Shown one piece after another: positions 8,068-16,400 of a stretch of 44,357 nt of DNA. The notes under the pieces were generated by a model. It was not told the DNA's origin and made no database searches. It saw nothing but the letters and a program-made list of their open reading frames with translations. Source of the stretch: a virus (lineage: Duplodnaviria; Caudoviricetes). Positions within the stretch are counted from its first letter, which is position 1. Every line of letters begins with the position of its first letter. Made by a program: the position numbers and the translations under genes. The stretch covers positions 1-44,357 of IMG/VR virus record IMGVR_UViG_3300047409_000205. The stretch is one strand, 5' to 3'.

Positions 8068-8313
8068 CTAAACTTTTATGCGGGGAAGCTTGCGATATTT
8101 CATTCCCAAACTTTTCACTAATAGATGAGAAGGGCCGCGGTGGCCGCCCTTTCGTCTCTTGATCGGAGCCGTGGTTATAATGTAAGCGCCGATCGCTTCT
8201 CGGATAATGGCGGACTCTGATTTGCCGCGCCGACCAGCGAGCCGCGCCAGCGCGACTTTCATTCGCACGGTAACACGCGCGTGAACCAGCAAGGTTTTTA
8301 CAGATTGCGACAT
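8068..8313 (-). CDS. Ribbon-helix-helix (CopG-like) regulator
   Basis: LVHARVTVRMKVALARLAGRRGKSESAIIREAIGAYI; AGGA upstream; perfect TTGACA at 8362-8357. Confidence 0.75.
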   Translation of the reverse strand: MSQSVKTLLVHARVTVRMKVALARLAGRRGKSESAIIREAIGAYIITTAPIKRRKGGHRGPSHLLVKSLGMKYRKLPRIKV

Positions 8314-8489
8314 TTCCTAATAAAATTACTGATCTGTAAGACTTCGCCCTACAATGTGTCAATGGCCAATTTGTTACATTTCATCTGCGCATTAGCTGCG
8401 TGAAACGCATACAAAATTACTTTTGGCAAGTTAAAACGGACATAACAGTTGCTTTTTCTGGTAACAAGTCCGTAACTTTGTGCGGGAAT
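8314..8489. promoter_or_regulatory. Divergent promoter/operator region between two RHH genes
   Basis: AT-rich; TTGACA on the minus strand (8357-8362); recurring GTAAC/GTTAC/TTACA motifs; inverted pair TTACAGAT (8298) / ATCTGTAA (8332). Confidence 0.55.
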
Positions 8490-8669
8490 ATGCCCCGCCG
8501 GAAAACGCGCAAGCGCCAGCTAAAAGAGAAGTTAAGCCTTACCATCAGCCCCGAGATCCGCGAGATGGCCGAAGCGCTCGCCTTGCAGCAACACCGCAGC
8601 ATTTCCTCGCTTTTTGAATCCCTGATCGCCCAGGAACGCGAGAAAGGGCGGCCGCCGGCTTCAGGCTAA
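8490..8669 (+). CDS. Ribbon-helix-helix (Arc/CopG-like) regulator
   Basis: KEKLSLTISPEIREMAEALALQQHRSISSLFESLI; ATG at 8490 preferred over the upstream GTG. Confidence 0.75.
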   Translation: MPRRKTRKRQLKEKLSLTISPEIREMAEALALQQHRSISSLFESLIAQEREKGRPPASG

Positions 8670-9860
8670 ACTGTGTCCGTTAGCGAAATCCGCAAACGAA
8701 AGCGCCGGCAAATCTCCCAGCATATAAGCGTAATACTTCTCCGTTGTTTGCACGCTGCTATGTCCCAGGAACTTCTTAGCCGCCATGATCGATCCGGTTT
8801 TCTTAAGCACCAGGGACCCGGCATATCGCCGTAATTCATACGAGACTTTGGTGTAACCTTTAATCCAGTTGCCCGCCCATTGGCCATGGCGCCGGTCCAC
8901 AATGTCATAGCGCTCCGTCTTATGCGCAGCCGGCACCAGGAACGGCCCGTCAGGCGATTGCTTGTAATAACGGTCCAGGAGATCGACAACATCCGAGCCA
9001 ATCGGCACGTGCCGCTCGTAACCTTTACAGAAAAAGTTTTCTTCCGGCCGATCGATAATATCCAGCACCCAACCCTCGCCGTTGCGCCGGAGCCAGCTCT
9101 TGCGCGCGTGCCGGATCTCCGAGTTACGCATTCCCATCAGCGCAAAGAGAATGAACGCCACGTAAGACGCCGGATCATCGATCGCCAGTTGCTTAGACGC
9201 TGCGAACATCCCGGCGATCGCCGCCTCATCCAGTGGCCGCGGATCCCCGCGCCGCCGCGCCATGAGCACGCCTTGCCCCTTAAAATCATCCAGCCGCGGC
9301 AAGCCCAAGTCCTCATACCAGTGCATAAATTTACGGGCAAATATCGAGCGCGCGTGGCGCACAGTTATCCAGATCCCGCCGCGCACCCGCTGCTCGACCC
9401 CGCGATCCATCGCGCCACTGCGATCGCGAGTAATACGTTTCTCCTGGGCCGCCTCAAAATCCCGCACCAGCTTCGCGGTTAAAACGGCCGTGGTCGCAGT
9501 TTCCAGCGACTGCCCGCAGCCCAGGAGCACAAGCTTTCTCAGCGCGGCCACATTCCCGCGCGAAGTCTTGGTGCTTCCAAACTTCGCCAGGTAACGGTCG
9601 CAGATTTCACGCAACGGCCGCGCATCCGAGCGCACCTTAAGCGCCTGCGATTTATAGAAATCGCCGCCGATCTCCGCCTCCACGATTTGCTTTGCCCTTT
9701 CCTTCGCCGCCGCCTCGATCGTTGTGCCGGTCGATCGTTCCCGGTCTTTCCCGAGCACTTGAAACCGCACAAAGAAGCAACCGCCTAGTTTCTGCCGGTA
9801 AAGCTTGCGCTTACGTCCCCCGGCAAATATCGTGACCCCATGTTTAGTTGTTCGTTCCAT
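8661..9860 (-). CDS. int: Tyrosine recombinase / phage integrase
   Basis: N-terminal arm-binding-like region (FFVRFQVLGKDRERSTGT), GMRNSEI (R), YELRRY (box II), LGHSSVQTTEKYY (H, Y). Confidence 0.93.
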   Translation of the reverse strand: MERTTKHGVTIFAGGRKRKLYRQKLGGCFFVRFQVLGKDRERSTGTTIEAAAKERAKQIVEAEIGGDFYKSQALKVRSDARPLREICDRYLAKFGSTKTSRGNVAALRKLVLLGCGQSLETATTAVLTAKLVRDFEAAQEKRITRDRSGAMDRGVEQRVRGGIWITVRHARSIFARKFMHWYEDLGLPRLDDFKGQGVLMARRRGDPRPLDEAAIAGMFAASKQLAIDDPASYVAFILFALMGMRNSEIRHARKSWLRRNGEGWVLDIIDRPEENFFCKGYERHVPIGSDVVDLLDRYYKQSPDGPFLVPAAHKTERYDIVDRRHGQWAGNWIKGYTKVSYELRRYAGSLVLKKTGSIMAAKKFLGHSSVQTTEKYYAYMLGDLPALSFADFANGHSLA

Positions 9861-9866
9861 GCCGGG

Positions 9867-9895
9867 AGTATCCCGACTTTTCTCCCGACTTGCAA
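9867..9895 (-). promoter_or_regulatory. Integrase promoter (leaderless)
   Basis: TTGCAA-17 nt-GATACT-6 nt-ATG on the minus strand. Confidence 0.6.
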
Positions 9896-10095
9896 CCTTT
9901 ATTCCGTGCTATTACAAATCAATCCTAAACACCGAAACGCACGTAAAATGAACGCAGTTTACCTAGGTAAAACAGATGTTTAGAGCTCGCTCGCTAGGTT
10001 AAAAGCGTTCGGAGCCATATCCCGACAACAGCGGACACAATGACAGCACGCTCCTAGGGGAAAAGGCCTCTTTCCCCGACTTATACCCCGACTTA
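9871..10095. other. Putative attP with arm-type integrase binding repeats
   Basis: TCCCGACTT x2 (9871, 9883) and CCCCGACTTA x2 (10074, 10086), each pair 12 bp apart; single TCCCGAC at 10020; perfect palindrome TTTACCTAGGTAAA 9958-9971; non-coding and adjacent to int. Confidence 0.7.
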
Positions 10096-10148
10096 CTTAT
10101 TGTGGAATTTGCTGGACACAGCGCCGACGCGCGTAAGTTAATGCGTTT

Positions 10149-10379
10149 ATGAAAGAGTGGACCGCCGCGGAAATCATCGAGGGGCCCGCGGACGTGGATG
10201 AGGTGGAGCGCATCGCGGATAAACTGGGTGAGATCCTGGCGGGGCAGCATCCCGGCATCCAGGGGCTCGCGCTGGCGCGAACACTCGCCCTTTGGCTGAT
10301 GGGTTTCGAGGATCCAGAGGTGCGCGAGAAACTGATGGACGCGCATTTCGAGAGCGTGCGCAAGTTAATGACGCTTTGA
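10149..10379 (+). CDS. Hypothetical protein (moron-like, convergent with late operon)
   Basis: 76-aa helical ORF next to the attP region. Confidence 0.6.
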   Translation: MKEWTAAEIIEGPADVDEVERIADKLGEILAGQHPGIQGLALARTLALWLMGFEDPEVREKLMDAHFESVRKLMTL

Positions 10380-10499
10380 CTTGTCCGCGTTGTGCGCGTA
10401 GGTTCGGCGCATGATAGTTTGGCAACTTGTCGTCGATGTGATCGTTGTCTGCTTCCTTGCGGGCATGGTGATCCAATCGGTGCGCCTGATCGTGCGCGA

Positions 10500-13400
10500 C
10501 TAAAATCCGCGCGGTTTACCGCTGCTCCGCTGAGTGGGCAAAACTTTGGTGCGCCGCGGCGGTCCTGGCTTTGGCGGATGCACGCCGGCGGCGCGCTCGA
10601 GCGCACGCATCTGGCCTTCTGGCGTTTCGTATTCCAGGCTCTGACTGATTCCGTGCCGGGCTTCGTATGTGGTGCGCGCCTTTTCCTGTGTCGCCTGGAT
10701 CTTGGCCTGCATCCCTTCGGCTCGGCGCACGATCGCGCTCTTCTCGAGGCCCGGCATCCATTCCGGCAGCCATTGCATAAGGCGATGCGGATTATATTTA
10801 AGCGCGGAATGCGTGGAGAACGCGGCACTTGATAGTATTAACGCCAGGTGCTCAGGGTTCTTGTCTTTCAGGTAAGCGGCAAATTGCTGCGGCATATTCC
10901 AGATTTGCGAGAGTCCCCAGAACATATTTACCACGCGCTCCATCTGCCCAGGATCGCCGTGTAAGGTTTTCATTAGATCCTGGATAGTGGACGGCGCTTG
11001 CCCGCCGCCGGGCCCGAACAGCAGGGTCGTAGCCGCCACACCGGGGATCGTGCGCGGGTCTTGAATCGCGGAAGCCAGGGGCGCGTCCACGTAATCAACC
11101 GGGAGATGTGTCCACCAGCCGTATTTGCGATAAAGGATCTCGCGCATGTATTCCACGGCGCCGATGAATAGCAGCGAGCGGAGAGGATGACTGCGCAGTT
11201 GTTTCGCAAGTGAAACGTAAGTGCCCAGCCGCCAGGTAGCGAAGAAGTTTAGCGGGATCCCGCGCCAGAAATTAAGCGCACCGGAGTTTTCATCGTATCG
11301 AATAAGATCAACCCATACGTGGTTCGCCGCGGCCTGATCGCTCATGCCTTTCTTAACGTAGGTTTTCCAGAGCGCATAGCGCAGCGCCGGATCCGCTTTG
11401 GCAAAGTTAAACCGTGCCGAGAAATGATTGCCGCTTAGAATTTTACCGGCTTTACTTAACATCCGCTCCAGATAAGTGCCGGCCTCGAGCGCCCGGAGCT
11501 GCGGCAGCCGCATACCGGTGGACGGCATGGGCATCACCGCTTCAAACCGTGCCTGCATCTGCGCGTTAGTCCCAAATTCGCGTGCGCTTTTCCGTAGCGT
11601 GTAATTACCTACCCGCGCCAGCGCATACTTGAAAGCCATATTCTTAGTGGCGTGCGGCAGCGGGTTATAGAGCAGGTTCGGGTTACGGGTGAAAGCGTTT
11701 GCTACGCGCACCAGTTTACCTACCGCGCCGGCGCTGCTGGTAGTGTTCAAGTTTTGCGCCAGGAATTGCGCTTCCACTCTGCTCCGGGCCCAGTAATCTT
11801 TCCCGCCGAATCCGCGGACCAGCGTCACCGGGCCGGCGCTTTTCTTTAACGTCCTGGCCGCGGCGATCGCGTCCGCCTTCTCATCGAAGAGCACGCCTTC
11901 ATCTTTCAGGCGCTTCAACATCCGGGCCGTGTTCTCCAGCCGGCCGGAGTAAAGCTCTCGCACGAACGCGGCCAGGGTAGGCGGCTCGTATTGCGTGCCG
12001 GCCTGGATCCCTTCTTTCATGGTGGCGTGGACCCGCGACTTATCGAAACTCCCGATCGATTGCCGGATGTGCCTGCCCCAGTTTGCAATCTGCGGGTGTA
12101 GATCCACCACGGCTTTCCCTTCCTCATTGGTAAGCCGCGCTATGTAAGGATCGCCGGTGTAAGCGGGTTCATCCACGCCGAGCACGCCGGCAGCCCAGCG
12201 CTCGGTAGGCACCCGGCCTTCCCTGTATTGGAAAAGCGCCTGCAAATCCGGCGGCGCCTGTGATACCGCCTGCGCCCAAGCGGCATCCCGCGGCGCGCCT
12301 TGCGCCAAGAGCCGGCGGTAAGTGGTGACGGCCGCGTGCTCGAGGTCCACGATCTCCTCCTCGGTCCGGCGCCGGAGCGCTTGCCACCATGGTTGTTTGG
12401 TAAAATTCTGAACGTAAGCGAGCTCGCGCTCCATTAGTTTCTGATGCTCGCTTATTACCGGGCTCTCCGGCACTTTGCGCACGATCTCATAGGACCGCGG
12501 CAGCATGTCCTGCCACCAGGCGAGCATCTTATTCGCGGAGCGCTTCGCCCAGATCGGCATGGGATTACTGCGTGGCGGCGTGTTCCCGGAGAACATGGAC
12601 GCGCCGGCCGGTCCGTAGGGCGGGCTCCCGCCGCCGTTACTCTCGTTTACTCGAGCCGTGCCGGTGACATACGGCATACTCGGCTTTTCAAACAGAGTCA
12701 TCTGCGCCTTTTCGGCGGCCTGTTGAGCGGCTACGCGCACCGCTTCGGCCGCATCAGCCTCGGCCTGGCGCGCGGCATAATCCACTACCTCTTCGCCGTT
12801 AAGATTAAATACGTCATTCTTCCCGGCTAACAGATCGCCCTGGGTAATGAGACGCGCTTCCAGGCGCGCGAGATCGCGTTTGCCGGCTCGGGTTAAGCTG
12901 GCTTTTTGGGCACGAAGGATTTGGAGCTTGGCGCTCTCCATTTCGGAGAGCGGCTGGAGCTGCGGGACTTGCGACGCACCCGATACACCGCCGGCTCCGG
13001 CCTCAGAAACATTACCGGAGAGTTGCCCAGTTGCTGTCCGTTGTAAGGGGCTGGTTCCTCCATAAGCTTCCGTAATATACCCTGTTTCATCCTGGGTCAA
13101 GCGGCGCACGCCATGCGTGCCGGCAGCCCGGACTGAATCCATCCCCGGCCATGAAGCATCCACGAATTTGGCGCCAATCACGTCGTGCACCATGTTTACC
13201 AGGCTTGTAATCACATTAGCCGGTGGCACTCTGGCAAAATCCAACAACACGCCATAGGCACTCTCGCGCGCTATCCCGTTAGAGACTGCCGCCTTTAGCG
13301 CGGCTAAATTAGTCCCCTGGCTCACGCGCTCCAGCGCTTTCAAATTCATCTGTGTGCCGGTGTAAAATATGTGCACCGCGTTAGGATCATCCGCGCGCAG

Positions 13401-16400
13401 CGTTACCGTAAAGTTCGCTAGATCCTCCGGGCTACGAATCGCCGGGCTTTCTTCCTGGCGCACCACTTCCCACGGTTGCAACACCGGGTTCGGTAGCGTG
13501 CCGTAGCCGTCGCCTGTCACCTCTTCCTGTTCAAAACTGAAATAATGTTTCCCGTTGGTTATTATGTGATCCGCTAGTTTCACGCCCACCGCGGCCGCAG
13601 CCTCATGCAATCGCCGTTGCACGTTTTTATCTGGATCGCTTGGGTCCGGTTTGCCGCTGGGATGATTATGCGAAACGATTATTTCCGCGTTCGGATGTTT
13701 CTCTTTTATCCTGGCAAAGAGCCGAAACACATCGCGCGGGTTCAGTAGTGCCTGGTCCAGTGTTCCTACGCTGGTAATCTCTGCGCCCAGCACACGTTTC
13801 GTCACCGGGTCGCGCGCCACCACCTTAAAGCTTTCAAAATCCGGGGAGCGGATAGGCCCGACCGCCATGGCGAAGTCCGCCGGTGTAGCGATTATCGAGC
13901 CTTCAATGTTCCACGCGGGAATCTGGTGGCTAATCAGATCGTGGATCACGATTGACAGCCGATTCTTATTCGCGCGCAGCGCCTCGGCTTTCAGTTTCCC
14001 TGGCACACCGTAAAACCCACCTTCATAAAACGCTTGGAGCGCCGGATCGCCGGCCAGCGCCAGTGTGTTTTTAATCTCTTCGGTGGCCTGCGCCTTGCGC
14101 GCCGGCGGCACCTTATTGAAATCCAGGAAAGTCTGTATATCCTCCGCCAGCTTTACCGTGTTCGCCGCCGGCACGGGGTTGCCTTCGCCGTAAGGGGCTG
14201 GGGTTGGTTCCTCAACGGGTCTAACTCCCGCCGGTTTGATTTGCTCGAGAGAGAAAGCTACAGAAACATCCGATTTAACACGGCTTCCAGGGTCGAGCGT
14301 GTCTATTACATTGCGCACTATCAATCCATCATGTCCGTGATCCTTCGCGTATTTCACCGCGTCACGTATGCTGACTGCATTCTTCGGCAAATTCCCGAAA
14401 ACCTTGGGTTTCCACTGCTGCCAGGGCACAGGAAGGTTGTCGTGTCTTGTTCCCATGGCATCAATAACCAGGGGATTTTTCAGGTCTAACGTCGCCGTGT
14501 GAACCGCCGGCGTTTCCGATTTCGACAGCCAAAGACCCCGGTGCTGAGTATAGGCACGCGCTAAATCAGGGTTACTGGTGAAGTAAATACCGCCTTCTGA
14601 TTGCTTAAACTGTTCAAATTTTCCAGCCGGAGTTCCGTGATACCACTGCTTCGCCGGGTCTGCATAGCCTCCCGTCCCCTCGCCCACGGCAGCAGTCTCT
14701 GGGACTTTGTAAACATAAACATTCCGTGAATCCGCGGACCGCCACGCCCATAATGAGCCGCCTGGCTCCCTTCTCATCGCTGGGTTGGTAGTTGTGGCCG
14801 CGTGCTCCACCGGCCAAGATTTCCAAACTGTTGGTTTAACTTTCCTCGTATCCTTTAGTGACAACGGCCTTGGTGCGTAAGGCGCAGCCCCCTCGCCCAC
14901 GGCCGCCGGCCCGTGCATGGCTTCGCCGGCTTCCGGTAGCGCCCAATGTTTTGTGCCGGTGCGGATCCGGTGGTCCAGCGCGTTTAGCAAATCGTCGGGT
15001 GTTTCAAAGTTAAACCCGCGGGCGCGCAATCGTAATACCAGGGGATCCACGCCCCCTGATTTACTGCTAAATATATCCCGGTAACGCACGCCTTTACTGC
15101 CGCGGATGGTTTCGCGCAGCATCTTAAGTTCGCCGCGGTAATGGTGGGCGTCCGGGTGGCCTTTAACCGGCAGCGCGCCTTCGTGCGTCACTGCTTCAAT
15201 TAACTCCATGCCGCCCTGGGCCCTGATCGCTTCTTCGCCTGCCGCTTCCATTTCCTTGCGTGCCTCATCCTGCGCGATCTTTTGCGCTTTGGTGAGCGGT
15301 TTGGCTTTCGGTGTTTTTGGCCTCACTGAATCAATCGGGATAAGATCATTCGGCGCGGGAAGTGTCGTCTTAACAAACGTGCGCGGCTTTCCGTCCGCGA
15401 ATTGGCTGCCTCCGACAGTCACCACCGGCTCCTGTGGCTGGCCGGTCAGTTTGTTTTGGCCCTTGAAAATTTTAGCAGTCAACCATTGTCCACTGGGCGA
15501 CTGGTATTCAATGGTATCGCCTGGTTGATATGCCGGCGGGCCCTCCTGATCCGGCAGCCCGCTAAAATCAATCGCGGGCATGTCGGTTGCCGGCGCGGTG
15601 GTAGCTGGTGGCTGCTGGCGCGCGGCCTCTATCGCCGGCATGGCGGCGGTGAGCTGGCTCCGGGTCATGGCATCGATCGCAGCCGGCTCGTGGCCCATGC
15701 TTGCGAGAGCTGCCTTTAGCGGGTCGGCGCTAAGGAACGGCACGCCGTGCCACGCGCTGCCGGCTTGTTCGCCAGGGGCAGGCGGCGGGAAAGCCGTGGA
15801 CTCCGGTGCGGCCGCAGGCGACACGCCTGCCGCTACAGTGGGTTGTCCTGTGGTGGCAGCCGTGCCGGCTACTGTTTCATCCGGTGCCGGTTGCAGCACC
15901 AGGTTAGCCGCTTGCCCTGGCGTAAGAGCGGCGATCGCTGCCGGGCTGTGACCGCGCGCGGCGAGCTCTTCGGTGATCGCCTCCGGCACCGCAACGGGCC
16001 CGGTAGCCACGGGTGCGGCAGGTGTCTCGGGCGCGGCCGCGGTTGGCTGTGTCGGTTGAGTTGCGGCCGGCTCCGGTGCCGCAGCGGTGGGCTGTGCCGT
16101 TGCCGGCTTAGGTGCCGCGCCACTTACCGGCTCCGTGTCGGTCCTTACTTTGTATTCGCCCTGCTGACGCTTGGCAACTTCCTCGGCAAACCGCCGCTGA
16201 AATTCGGCCGGATCGTTCTTAGCCAGCCAACTTAATTCTTCTTTAATGCTATTGAATTTGGGGCGCACCCCGGCCACGCCAGCTTCACCAGCAGCCGCTG
16301 CGGTCCCTGCTTCGCCAGCCGCCGCTCCCGCCTCGCCGGCCGCGGCTCCTCCCTCGGCGGCCACGAGTCCTGCCTTTGGGCCGCCCCCACGCATCCCGAG

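Noticed and set aside
8068-8669. RHH genes as antitoxins of toxin-antitoxin pairs
   Set aside because: No adjacent RelE/ParE/PIN/HicA-like toxin ORF; neighbours are XRE and integrase.
10010-10026. TCGGAGCCATATCCCGA resembles a tRNA-Met anticodon arm (possible tRNA attP core)
   Set aside because: No T-arm (GTTCRA) or acceptor/CCA sequence follows on either strand; the stem has a mismatch.
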